This document shows, piece after piece, positions 47,191-56,425 of a DNA stretch of 64,000 nt. This stretch comes from a virus (taxonomy: Duplodnaviria; Caudoviricetes). The stretch is taken from IMG/VR virus record IMGVR_UViG_3300003320_000853. The stretch is one strand, 5' to 3'. Each line of letters opens with the position of its first letter. Position 1 is the stretch's first letter. The notes under the pieces were generated by a model. That model did no database searches, was not told the origin of the DNA, and worked only from the letters and a program-made list of their open reading frames with translations. The position numbers and the translations under genes were made by a program.

Positions 47191-47465
47191 TCGAGACCGA
47201 AGGAGAGCTGCTCATCCTCTTCCACGGCGGGCTCGCCCTTCTTCCCCTTGCCCTTCTTGAACTTGGGCGCCTTCCGGCGTTGTTCCTCGAAGAATGCTTG
47301 GAAGAGGGTCTTCCACTGGTCGCGGGGGATCCCGACCTTGACCACAGCGAAGACCGAGATCCGCCAGGCGCGGGGAACGGCGCGGGCGACCTCCCGGCCG
47401 AGCTCGGCTGGATCGGTCACCCCGTCGTCGATCTTCTTCTGGAGGAGGGTGGGGAGGTTGTCCAC
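47187..47465 (-). CDS. Small basic protein with C-terminal clamp-binding-like motif
   Basis: Lys-rich patch then EQLSFGLD. Confidence 0.6.
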   Translation of the reverse strand: MDNLPTLLQKKIDDGVTDPAELGREVARAVPRAWRISVFAVVKVGIPRDQWKTLFQAFFEEQRRKAPKFKKGKGKKGEPAVEEDEQLSFGLD

Positions 47466-47467
47466 GA

Positions 47468-47665
47468 TCAGTACCCAGTGCGACGCCAGATGTGGCCGCC
47501 ACGAACCGTGGCAACGAGGAGCTCGCCGACGTAGACGTTGACCTGATCCCAGTCGTCCGAAGCGCGGACCGCGTTGACGATCGCCTGGTCGATGTTCTGC
47601 GGGGTGTGGTCGAAGTTGTAGGAGCGGTTGCCGAGGAGGCCGGTGGTCCAGATCGTCGTGCTCAT
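47468..47665 (-). CDS. Hypothetical protein
   Basis: SD AGGAGGAG. Confidence 0.7.
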   Translation of the reverse strand: MSTTIWTTGLLGNRSYNFDHTPQNIDQAIVNAVRASDDWDQVNVYVGELLVATVRGGHIWRRTGY

Positions 47666-47682
47666 GCTCCTCCTACAGAGGA

Positions 47683-47716
47683 GAGGGCCGAGCGATCAAC
47701 TCGGCCCTCCGTTTTT
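47683..47716 (+). terminator. Hairpin with plus-strand U-tract between minus-strand genes
   Basis: GAGGGCCGAG-CGATCAA-CTCGGCCCTC-CGTTTTT. Confidence 0.6.
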
Positions 47717-48052
47717 CTAGCGGCCGGTGATCTTCTCGAACCCGTTGGCGCTTTTCATGGCGAGGGCGAGCGCCTGAGCGTAGGCCGCGAGCTTGGCCAC
47801 GACCTCGTCATGACGGCGGAGGACGCGCGACCAGTCCTCACGGCATTCCGCCGATGCCTCGTAGATGCCAGGGTTGTCCTGGCGGGAGAAGCGCTGGAAG
47901 TGCGCCGTCTTGTCGTCGGTGGCGGCGGCCAGCTCCAAGAGAAGAGCCATCGCCTCGTCGTGCGTCCATGGCACCGAATTGAGCGAACGGACCTCGCCAC
48001 CGAGGCGATCGAGAAGGATGCGGATATCGGACAGGGTCTTCTGGGGATCCAT
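47717..48052 (-). CDS. Hypothetical protein
   Basis: Preceded on the minus strand by CCGTGTAG and AAGGA. Confidence 0.7.
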   Translation of the reverse strand: MDPQKTLSDIRILLDRLGGEVRSLNSVPWTHDEAMALLLELAAATDDKTAHFQRFSRQDNPGIYEASAECREDWSRVLRRHDEVVAKLAAYAQALALAMKSANGFEKITGR

Positions 48053-48146
48053 GGGTCCTTCTACACGGAACCCGGCACCTTGATCAACCTAACTCACTTA
48101 TCCGTTTGCTCTCTGTGGAGACCTTTGTCCCGCGCAGGAGCAGACG

Positions 48147-49406
48147 ATGCCTCAGCAAGATCAGATCCGATACCAGCACGGCCAGCCCATCCACTTCATC
48201 ACGACCAGGAACTTCACGTTCGGCAACACGCCGAACGGCCAGCCTCTCGCTCTGTCGAAGGGCACCGATGTCTTCTTCGACGGGACCACGGCGGAGGTTG
48301 CCGGGGCGCGGTACGCGATCCCGCAGCTCCGGGGGGCCATTCGCACGGGGTGGCTCGTCCAGGCACAGCGGTACGACGAGAACGACACCTCGGCGGAGCG
48401 GCCGAGGGCGGCGGGCATCGAGGTTCGGCATGCGGCGGAGGGAGGCAATCCTCTCCGGCCGAACCGGGTTCGATTCGAGCGTGCGACGGAGGAGGACATC
48501 GACGAGCGTGAGGTGGGCAACGTCGACAGCCATGCGGCGTCGACGAGGGCTCGGAACACCCGGTGGCGGCCCGGCCAGCGTCCGCCCGCGGATGTGGAGC
48601 CCGGGCGTCGCTTCACCGGCTCCGTGTGGGAGGTCGAGGCCCAGGATGGGGTCGAGGTGCGGCGGGGCTTCGCCACGGCGCGTTCGGCGGGTGAGGATGC
48701 TCGGAGCATCCCGACTACGCAGCTCAGCCGGGCGGGTGAGGCCATCGCTCGGGCGAACAACGTTCAGATCGAGCCGGGGGAAGGCATCACCGAGGAGGAG
48801 ATGCTGGAGAGGATGCACCCGGAGGATCGCGAGCTGTACCTCGCCGACAAGGAGGCGTACCGTTCTCGGTACGCCGACGTGGCCCCGGCTCCTCGGGTGA
48901 TGCGAGCCGATCCTTCGGCGAACCGCGTCATCGCTCGGGTCGCAAACCACGGGGCCGAGACCCGGGAGGGGATGACGAGCCGGGTCACGACGGGTGGGGG
49001 GACAGAGGTCTTCGACGTTTCGGGGCTTGATTCGGCGCCGGCTCGGCAGGACACCATCAGCCAGGAGGGTCTCACCTTCCGGACCACGAACGGTCCGCAG
49101 CGGGCATTCGAGAAGCCTTCCAGCCCCGACGACAAGAGGGTCGCTCCGGCCGAGGTCGTCCGCACCGTGGGGCAGTCTGTCACCATGCGTGAGGCTCCGG
49201 CCGAGATCCGCAAGATGGTCGCCAAGACCGTGTGCGCGGACTTCCCCGACAACTATGATTTCTCGGGCTCTGTGCGGAAGCGGCTCGCCCGTCTCCAGGC
49301 GGACTTCGAGGATCGCCACGACGTTCTCCGTGCCGTCTTCGCGGCTGAGGGCGACGAGATGAAGTCGCTCCTCGTCGCCGAGTTCCCGCAAGCTTTCGCG
49401 CAGTGA
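48147..49406 (+). CDS. Hypothetical protein (late region)
   Basis: SD AGGAG; long ORF with coding bias. Confidence 0.75.
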   Translation: MPQQDQIRYQHGQPIHFITTRNFTFGNTPNGQPLALSKGTDVFFDGTTAEVAGARYAIPQLRGAIRTGWLVQAQRYDENDTSAERPRAAGIEVRHAAEGGNPLRPNRVRFERATEEDIDEREVGNVDSHAASTRARNTRWRPGQRPPADVEPGRRFTGSVWEVEAQDGVEVRRGFATARSAGEDARSIPTTQLSRAGEAIARANNVQIEPGEGITEEEMLERMHPEDRELYLADKEAYRSRYADVAPAPRVMRADPSANRVIARVANHGAETREGMTSRVTTGGGTEVFDVSGLDSAPARQDTISQEGLTFRTTNGPQRAFEKPSSPDDKRVAPAEVVRTVGQSVTMREAPAEIRKMVAKTVCADFPDNYDFSGSVRKRLARLQADFEDRHDVLRAVFAAEGDEMKSLLVAEFPQAFAQ

Positions 49407-49452
49407 ATCTCGCCCCATAGCTGAGGATCTCCTTTTGCTGGCCCTTCCGGTG

Positions 49453-50589
49453 ATGGGCGAGACGGAGATCGGCGATGGGTGCGTGCGAGCTTCCCAACAG
49501 GAGAAGCAAGCCTCCGGCATCGTCGTGTACCTCATGGAGGAGCTGGGGGACGCCCGCCTCCGGACAGCCCAGCTCAAGAAGTACATTCAAGAAGCTCTCG
49601 ATCTCGTCGAGAAGTCTCCGGAGCGGGACAGGATCTTCGAGATCGCTGGCCACCTCCTCCACGGCATTCCCGACACCGCCTTCAAGCTCGACAAGGCTCT
49701 CGACGCGGCGGCGATGGCGGCGGCTCGTCTCGACTACGAGGAGATCAAGCAGAACCTCAAGCCCGAGAAGGCCGACGAACTTGAGGACGTCTTGAATGAC
49801 GTCCGGCTCAACATTCTCAAGAGGCGTTCGAACATGGAATCTACGGTCACAGCCGAGCATCGGTCAGGCAAGGTCGCTGCGCTTCTCAAGCTTGCCTTCC
49901 TCATGGGGCAACATGAGAGCAAGTCTCCACCCTCGAAGCACGTTACTTCGGACGACTTGCAGGGATTCGCGGAAGAATCCTGCCAGGTCGTTGCCCAGAA
50001 ACTTCAGTTGTTGGCGGGCATGATCAAGAGGGGGTCCCCAAACATCGAGGGTCTTCTCGGAGACATTGGGGGACACCTTGAGACGGGCCTGTGGTTCTAC
50101 GGCCAATCCTTGGCGGAGAAGCCTACGGGATCCATGACAGCGGAACAGCACAGAGGAACGACCATGAAGAGCGCGAAGGAAGCTGCGGCGGAGTTGGTTC
50201 AGCTTGCCGAGATCACGGAGGCCACGGGGCAGGTTCCGCTCGTCCGTCTCGCCAAGCTCATCCGGGCCCTGGAGGGGCCCCAGGCCCGCACGGCTTCGGA
50301 CGTCCCGAAGAACGCGGCTTCCTTCTTCCGGAACGTCGCGACGGCGATCCAGAAGGAGGCCAACCCGAGCCGTCTCCGGCTCGCGAACGTCCTCCGCAAG
50401 GTCTTCGCAGACGGGATGCAGATGGACGCTGGCACCATGCTCGCGGCCATCTACGCCCAGGCGAACTCGCGCGAGGACGTCATCAAGGGGTTCATGAGCG
50501 CCAATCCCAGCATGTCGAAGGAGGACGCCGAGAAGGCGGCCGACATGTGGGAGAAGCACAAGGACGTCGTCAAGGACAAGCACCAGTAG
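49453..50589 (+). CDS. Hypothetical helical protein; possible internal start at 50164
   Basis: Coding bias; AGAGGA before MKSAKEAA. Confidence 0.7.
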   Translation: MGETEIGDGCVRASQQEKQASGIVVYLMEELGDARLRTAQLKKYIQEALDLVEKSPERDRIFEIAGHLLHGIPDTAFKLDKALDAAAMAAARLDYEEIKQNLKPEKADELEDVLNDVRLNILKRRSNMESTVTAEHRSGKVAALLKLAFLMGQHESKSPPSKHVTSDDLQGFAEESCQVVAQKLQLLAGMIKRGSPNIEGLLGDIGGHLETGLWFYGQSLAEKPTGSMTAEQHRGTTMKSAKEAAAELVQLAEITEATGQVPLVRLAKLIRALEGPQARTASDVPKNAASFFRNVATAIQKEANPSRLRLANVLRKVFADGMQMDAGTMLAAIYAQANSREDVIKGFMSANPSMSKEDAEKAADMWEKHKDVVKDKHQ

Positions 50590-50595
50590 GGCACC

Positions 50596-50853
50596 ATGGC
50601 TACAACACTTGTCGATCGAGTTGTCCGTCGATTTCTTCAGGGGAATACGTCGAAGGTCAGTCGTATGACCCTCCCCCAGGTCTACAACAACCTGAAGATC
50701 ATCTACGACTACGAAGAGGGCAAGACCAAATCTCGGCCGGGGGCTGAGCAACTCGTCAACGACGCCATCAAGCGTCTGGAAGATGAGGGGATCGACGTCT
50801 CGGGAGCCCTTCGGACCATGACCAAGGGGCCTCGGGGATGGATCGACATGTGA
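50596..50853 (+). CDS. Hypothetical protein with LxxRVxxRF motif
   Basis: MATTLVDRVVRRF. Confidence 0.7.
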   Translation: MATTLVDRVVRRFLQGNTSKVSRMTLPQVYNNLKIIYDYEEGKTKSRPGAEQLVNDAIKRLEDEGIDVSGALRTMTKGPRGWIDM

Positions 50854-51191
50854 ATCTCGCCGACCGCGTCCTCCACAGGTACAAAAGCGCGGCGAACAAG
50901 GCGCTCACGGATGCGGAGTATCAAAAGACCGCCACCGACGTGCTCGCGGCGATCAAGCGGATCGGAGAGGACACCAGTACGGTTCGGGAGGGTGTCGTCA
51001 ACATGGCGCTCACGCTCAAAGATCGAGGTCACTTCCGTGATGCCTCGACTTTGATGGAGATGGCTCCGGACATGAGCGGCGTGCCCGAGCATCTATCGGC
51101 CATGGTCGAGCGTCTCAAGAAGGTCCCCGCCGACATGCGCAAGTCCCCGAAGCCCGGGCCGAAACCGAACCCCTGGACGAAGCCCCTCTAG
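50850..51191 (+). CDS. Hypothetical protein with LxxRVxxRY motif
   Basis: GTGA coupling; (M)NLADRVLHRY. Confidence 0.7.
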   Translation: MNLADRVLHRYKSAANKALTDAEYQKTATDVLAAIKRIGEDTSTVREGVVNMALTLKDRGHFRDASTLMEMAPDMSGVPEHLSAMVERLKKVPADMRKSPKPGPKPNPWTKPL

Positions 51192-51195
51192 CGCC

Positions 51196-52017
51196 GTGAT
51201 TCAGCCTCTCGTGAGTCGACCTCCCTACGGACAAGGGCATCCCGCCATGCCCACAGGAGAGGCCAAGCTCCCTTCCGGAGACCCGGCGAAGCGGGGCCTT
51301 CCGCTCGACAATTCTATCCCCGGCGACTCGACGTACAACAAGCCGGAGCAGGATGAGCGGAACCCGGACAAGGGGCATGACGAGTCCATCTACCGGGTCG
51401 ACGACGCGGACGATCTACAGAAGACCGATCAGGGGGGCAAGGACAACCGGGAGGAGAATTCGGACAAGCATGACGGGCTCGGTTGGAGCGGCGGTGGGAA
51501 GCAAGATGCTTCCCCGAAAACGCCCTACCCCTATCGGGACGGCGTTCCCAACGCCCACAACGCCGCGCATGTGGTGGGACTCTTCCTCCTCGCGTCCTCG
51601 CCCGAACGGATCCTGACGGCGGCTCGGATTGGGGAGATCGAGAAGAACCTATCGAAGATCACCCAGGATCGGGCCCGTCGGTGCAAGGTCACCCTGAAGC
51701 GAGCCGACATCGGCAACCTCCGATGGATCTTCGCGGTGGACAGTGGGAGCGGCCCGAAGCTCGTCCGACTCAAGGCGGCGCGGCCGAGCCGGGTGGTCAA
51801 GCTGACGAAGATGGACCTCCGGTTCTCCTGCTCTTGTCCTGCATGGCGTTGGCAGGGCCCCGAATTCCACGCGAAGCAAGACGGCTTTCTCGATGGTTCG
51901 CCTCGCGGGACGGCATCTACGCCAGACATCACCGACCCGGGACGCGAGAACCGGGTCTGCAAGCACGTCGCCGCAGTTCTCGACTTCGTTCGCGGGTGGG
52001 AAGTACCCGCGGCATGA
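51196..52017 (+). CDS. SWIM zinc-finger protein
   Basis: FSCSCPAW...VCKHVAAV. Confidence 0.75.
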   Translation: MIQPLVSRPPYGQGHPAMPTGEAKLPSGDPAKRGLPLDNSIPGDSTYNKPEQDERNPDKGHDESIYRVDDADDLQKTDQGGKDNREENSDKHDGLGWSGGGKQDASPKTPYPYRDGVPNAHNAAHVVGLFLLASSPERILTAARIGEIEKNLSKITQDRARRCKVTLKRADIGNLRWIFAVDSGSGPKLVRLKAARPSRVVKLTKMDLRFSCSCPAWRWQGPEFHAKQDGFLDGSPRGTASTPDITDPGRENRVCKHVAAVLDFVRGWEVPAA

Positions 52018-52036
52018 CATAGGAGATCGAATTCAA

Positions 52037-52447
52037 ATGCCTACGTACACGACCCTTTGCCAGGGATGCCAAACCGAGAGCACCGTTCGTCTTTCTTTCG
52101 CCGACTACGACAGCGTGAGGCTCGGCGCGAAGATCCTCGAATGCGGCACGTGCCAGGCGGGCGTCAAGATCGTCTTCAATCCTGGGGACATCAACTTCGT
52201 CCTCAAGGATGGGGAGAGCGGCGGGTGGGCCGGCAAGGCCATCAAGGAGAACAAGCTCCGCGCTCGCCGGAGGGAGATCCTCGCGAAGAGGGAGCGCGAC
52301 CACGTGTTCAAGAACAAGCTCCAACCCAACGTCGCGGGGATGGAGACCGGCACGTGGAAGGAGGCTCAGGCGTTCGTCAAGTCGGAGGTCGGAGAGGCGG
52401 CGGCGAAGACGTATGAACCCCTTGTGGCCCAGGAGAAGACAGGATGA
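52037..52447 (+). CDS. FmdB-like zinc-ribbon protein
   Basis: MPTY...CQGC...CGTC...FVLK.G..GW; SD AGGAG. Confidence 0.7.
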   Translation: MPTYTTLCQGCQTESTVRLSFADYDSVRLGAKILECGTCQAGVKIVFNPGDINFVLKDGESGGWAGKAIKENKLRARRREILAKRERDHVFKNKLQPNVAGMETGTWKEAQAFVKSEVGEAAAKTYEPLVAQEKTG

Positions 52448-53085
52448 AGCGCACGTTCTCCGTCATTCGTCGGCGGCCACACCTGGTCGATGTGATCATG
52501 CCCCTCACCTCTGGGGTGCAGACCTATCGGCTCAAGTGGGCGGCCAACTTCGACGCCGGGAGCTACACGCAATTCCTCGACTCGGGGAACCAGGGGTACC
52601 TCGATCCCTCGATCGACCCTGGGGTTGTGGGTGCGCAGCCGACATCTTCCCGCCAGGTGCGGGTCGTCTTCGATCCCACGACCTTCAGCATTCCGGACAC
52701 GTCGCCGTTTTGGCTCCAATTCTGGACGGTTCCGTTCGGTGGGAGCGAGGCGCAGCAATCGGCCGGCGGCCTCATCCTTCCCGATTCCGACAACCACGGC
52801 ACGGGGATCATCACGATCCATGGCAACGCGCCGAACGCGGCGAGCGTGGCGGGTTCCCTCCAGATCGATCTCCCTCGGATGATGCAGGACATCCGGGTCC
52901 ACAACGAAGACAGCACGAATTCTCTCTTCGTCGCCACGGACGAGGGGGGAGCTGAGTCCAAACTCCCCCCCGACACATTCCCGCAGTTCGCGAATCTCCA
53001 GGGCACGCACGCGAGTCTGTGGGTTCGGGGGGGTGGGGGAGCCGTTGCCTTCTCGGCGACCTTTACGCAGTCGTTCCCTCGGTAG
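52444..53085 (+). CDS. Hypothetical beta-rich virion protein
   Basis: Coupled start; composition. Confidence 0.65.
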   Translation: MKRTFSVIRRRPHLVDVIMPLTSGVQTYRLKWAANFDAGSYTQFLDSGNQGYLDPSIDPGVVGAQPTSSRQVRVVFDPTTFSIPDTSPFWLQFWTVPFGGSEAQQSAGGLILPDSDNHGTGIITIHGNAPNAASVAGSLQIDLPRMMQDIRVHNEDSTNSLFVATDEGGAESKLPPDTFPQFANLQGTHASLWVRGGGGAVAFSATFTQSFPR

Positions 53086-53121
53086 CTCTTTTATCGCCAT
53101 GGAGAGCCAGGAGCCCATCGC

Positions 53122-54084
53122 ATGCTTCGTCTCATTCACAATCAGACGGTTCTCGGAGCCATCCTCGTCGACGACATCGACGACGGATTGCCCAACAAGC
53201 AGGTTCACCGTCTCGGGAGCACGGCCGACCCGAAGGCATACAAGCGGGACGGCTATGCGAACGAGCCGAAACAGCCCTGCTACGTGCCCTACACGGTCAT
53301 CGGGAACGCTGCCGTGGCGGGGTACATCGACCTCAACGAGACGCAACGCGTGCTCCTCTCCGAGGGGAAGGGGAAAATCTCGAAGCTCGTCCAGGCTGGG
53401 CTTCTCTCGAAGCTCAACTTCGCGGCGGGTGCGACCGCTGCCCCTGCCATCACGAACGCTCAGTCCAACACCCCGAGCTTGGGGGCGGTTACCCTCACGG
53501 GCACCGGCTTCACCTCGACGTCGCCGAACGTCTCTTCGGTGAAGCTCACGGGCACGGGGGCGGTGACTCTCACGCAATCCCAGATCACGGGGGCTGGCGG
53601 AACGTTCTCGTCGACGTCGATCGTCATCCCGTCCTCGCTCATCCCGAATGTCGTGGCGGCGACCGGCACGATCACGGCGGTGTCCGGAGCGAACCTCAAC
53701 GATGGGGAGACGTTCACCCTCAATGACGGGGTGAACTCCGCGACGGTCTTCGAGTTCGACTCTGGCGGCGGTGTCACCGGCGGCCACGTCGCGGTGCCTT
53801 TCACCAGCGGGGACTCTGCGGCGACTGTCGCAGCCTCGATCATCACGGCGATCAACGGGGTTGCTGGGAGTCTTGCCATCACGGCTTCCCCGGGGACCGG
53901 AGCCGTGGTCAACCTCACGAACGACGCGCTCGGCTCGGCTGGCGACCACGCGATCACGAAGACGGTCGCGAACTCCGGCTTCATCGTCACGGGCATGTCC
54001 GGTGGTGGGGGCGCCGTGGCGACGGCGACGAGTGCTCAGGTCATCGCCAACGCTCAGACCTCGAACGTCTTCGCCTTGGTCTGA
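53122..54084 (+). CDS. Virion surface protein with IPT/Ig-like domain and inserted module
   Basis: PAIT...VTLTGTGF...TSIVIP...SN; Thr/Gly/Ala-rich; SD AGGAG. Confidence 0.65.
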   Translation: MLRLIHNQTVLGAILVDDIDDGLPNKQVHRLGSTADPKAYKRDGYANEPKQPCYVPYTVIGNAAVAGYIDLNETQRVLLSEGKGKISKLVQAGLLSKLNFAAGATAAPAITNAQSNTPSLGAVTLTGTGFTSTSPNVSSVKLTGTGAVTLTQSQITGAGGTFSSTSIVIPSSLIPNVVAATGTITAVSGANLNDGETFTLNDGVNSATVFEFDSGGGVTGGHVAVPFTSGDSAATVAASIITAINGVAGSLAITASPGTGAVVNLTNDALGSAGDHAITKTVANSGFIVTGMSGGGGAVATATSAQVIANAQTSNVFALV

Positions 54085-54091
54085 TCGTGAC

Positions 54092-54469
54092 GTGCGTTAC
54101 CGGCTCCTCCGCTGGATCCTCGATCAGGAAGGGACGTCCTTCCAGCGGGTCGACCGTCGCTGGCGACCAACGGATCTCCTCTACCTGCAACAGGTGCGAG
54201 CCCTGCTCAAGGACATCCAGAACCGCTACGACGCCCTCGCGGCAGCCGAGGAGGAGCTTCGGACGCTCGATCGTGCAGACCTCTACATTCGGGCGCTTCG
54301 ACAGATGCGTGTCTACGCCCGGGCAGCGGCCTTCACATGGAAGGCCGACCAGCTCTCGTTCATCCGGTCGGTTTCCGGTTTCTACGAGAACTACGGCACT
54401 GTCCTCCGTCTCCTCAAGATCGACGAGGCGCGAGGACGGTTCACCGTCGAGACGACAGCCTTGGGGTAG
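54092..54469 (+). CDS. Hypothetical protein
   Basis: GTG start filling the gap; helical. Confidence 0.5.
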   Translation: MRYRLLRWILDQEGTSFQRVDRRWRPTDLLYLQQVRALLKDIQNRYDALAAAEEELRTLDRADLYIRALRQMRVYARAAAFTWKADQLSFIRSVSGFYENYGTVLRLLKIDEARGRFTVETTALG

Positions 54470-54492
54470 TGACCCCAGATCAGGAGCCTGAG

Positions 54493-55596
54493 ATGCGTGT
54501 TGGAGTCATTCGTGGGGATCTCCCCGGGCCGGTCTTTCTCGGAGACCTCGAACCGACCTCGCAGCTCGACTTCTCGATCGAGCAGGTGGGGCAGACGCGG
54601 TACGTCTCGTACCCGAACCTGACGGCGTTCGGAACCGTGCTGGCGACAATCCCGGCAACCATCGCCTCGACGGGAGCCATCACGTTCCCGCTCACGGTGA
54701 GCGGCTCGAACGACACGCTCAGGCTTCGTGCGGCGGCGTCGGGTGCGTTCACCGTGGCGACCATCGCCCACGCGTCTTACTCGACCCTCACGACGCTCCT
54801 CGCGGCCGTGAACGCGGCCCTGGCGACCGCGGGTCTCGCGATCACCGCTCAGGCGGCCACCACGGCGAACGAGATGGCCTTCGCGACGACGGCCTCTTTC
54901 GGGCCCGGTGCGGCGATCAGCCTCGACACGAACGGCAACGGTTCGAACGCGGATGCGAGCCTCGGGTTCTCGACGAGCGGTGCCACGTTCACGATGCCGG
55001 CGGCGGCGACCATCCTGAACGCGTTGCTCCCGGTGGGCGGCCCGCTCGACGTTTCTCAGGCCACGATCTTCACGAACGTTGGCGCCGGCCTCACGACGGC
55101 CCAGGTGAAGAAGGTCGCCGACGCCATCGCGCCGCAGTTCGTCGAGAGCAACGTGGCGATCCAGAGCTTCAAGGCGGGCAACCTCCACGGCCTGCTTTCG
55201 TCGAGCTTCAACCCCGATCCGAACCGGCGTCCGGCTCTCAACTCGGGGGCGGCGATCACCGTCGTGCAGGACGACGGGCACACGGTCTTCTCGGTCGGTC
55301 TGCCCCACATCTCGTCGGCGGCCAGCAACACCCCGAACGCGGGCGATGTGACCATCACGGGCACCGATCTCGGCAACACCGAGCAGGATCTCGACACGAT
55401 CAAATTCACGGGTGCCGTCGCGAAGTCGATCAGCCAGAAGCTCCTGACGCACACGAACACCGGGGGCACCCAGGGTTCGGTCTCGGCGACCTCGATCGTC
55501 ATCCCGGCCTCGCTCATTCCGGGCGCGGTGGCGGCGACTTCCAGCGTCCAGGTGAAGTACGGCTCGTTCGCCTCGAACGTCGTCGCGCTCTCCTGA
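54493..55596 (+). CDS. Virion protein with C-terminal IPT/Ig-like domain paralogous to 53122-54084
   Basis: SNTP..G.VTITGT...TSIVIPASLIP...SNVVAL. Confidence 0.65.
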   Translation: MRVGVIRGDLPGPVFLGDLEPTSQLDFSIEQVGQTRYVSYPNLTAFGTVLATIPATIASTGAITFPLTVSGSNDTLRLRAAASGAFTVATIAHASYSTLTTLLAAVNAALATAGLAITAQAATTANEMAFATTASFGPGAAISLDTNGNGSNADASLGFSTSGATFTMPAAATILNALLPVGGPLDVSQATIFTNVGAGLTTAQVKKVADAIAPQFVESNVAIQSFKAGNLHGLLSSSFNPDPNRRPALNSGAAITVVQDDGHTVFSVGLPHISSAASNTPNAGDVTITGTDLGNTEQDLDTIKFTGAVAKSISQKLLTHTNTGGTQGSVSATSIVIPASLIPGAVAATSSVQVKYGSFASNVVALS

Positions 55597-55624
55597 CCGA
55601 TTCACACATGAGATGAGGATGACA

Positions 55625-55879
55625 ATGCCAGTGCAGAATGGGATCTCCCCGGAGTTCAAAACGAGCGACCTCTACTTCGCCGCATACCTCAAGACGGCGG
55701 GCGCTTCCATGAAGCGCACGGAGCGATCCGAGGGGGGCAAGGTGATGTTCGTGTTCGACACGAGCATCGTGAACATCGAGGAGTTGACTCAGGGGTGGGT
55801 CAACGATACCGGCAAGGTGTCGGCCAACTCCTTCTCGTTCAACATCAAGTCGTTGAAATCGGTCTGTCATATGAAATAG
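55625..55879 (+). CDS. Small phage protein (DUF5659-like)
   Basis: FKTSDLYFAAYL...KVMFVF. Confidence 0.55.
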   Translation: MPVQNGISPEFKTSDLYFAAYLKTAGASMKRTERSEGGKVMFVFDTSIVNIEELTQGWVNDTGKVSANSFSFNIKSLKSVCHMK

Positions 55880-55900
55880 TTTTGGTGTAGGCGCTGTCAT

Positions 55901-56425
55901 ATGAAGCGCTGCTCCAAGTGCGGGATTGACAAGGACGAGAAGACCGGCTTCCACATGGATTCCCGCACTGGGAAACCTCGTGGGTGGTGCAAGGTCTGCA
56001 TCAACGCTGACAACATTGCCCGAGCGGCGGCGAATCCTGAGAAGAACAACGCTCGCTCGAAGGCATGGCGTGATGCCAATCCGGAACGGTTCTCGGCTCG
56101 TACAAAAAAGTGGCGGGACGAGAACCCCGAGCGTCTCCGGCAGACCATCTACCGGAACAAATACCACGTCGATCGCGAAGCGCTCTGGAAGGCTCAGGAG
56201 GGCAAGTGCGCCCTCTGCGGGGACGAGATGCTTCCGACTGGCCGTGAGAAGTCTTCGGCTGTGGTCGACCACGACCGGACTTGCTGTCCTGGATCTGGAT
56301 CTTGCGGGAAGTGCGTTCGGGGTCTGATCCACTGGGGGTGCAACTTGATGCTCGGCTACGCCAAGGACGACCCGAGGATCCTCCGATGCGCGGCCGAGTA
56401 CGTGGAGAGGAGCGTGCAACCGTGA
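55901..56425 (+). CDS. Endonuclease VII-family HNH (probable free-standing homing endonuclease)
   Basis: KRCSKC...CKVC, Q.GKCALC, VDHD, VRGL..W.CN.MLG...D. Confidence 0.85.
   Translation: MKRCSKCGIDKDEKTGFHMDSRTGKPRGWCKVCINADNIARAAANPEKNNARSKAWRDANPERFSARTKKWRDENPERLRQTIYRNKYHVDREALWKAQEGKCALCGDEMLPTGREKSSAVVDHDRTCCPGSGSCGKCVRGLIHWGCNLMLGYAKDDPRILRCAAEYVERSVQP

Noticed and set aside
596-55659. Long minus-strand ORFs such as 596-2251, 5352-7283, 26543-28852, 34963-36660, 52366-53949 and 54391-55659
   Set aside because: Antisense shadows of clear plus-strand genes; expected from GC-rich codon bias, with no recognisable motifs
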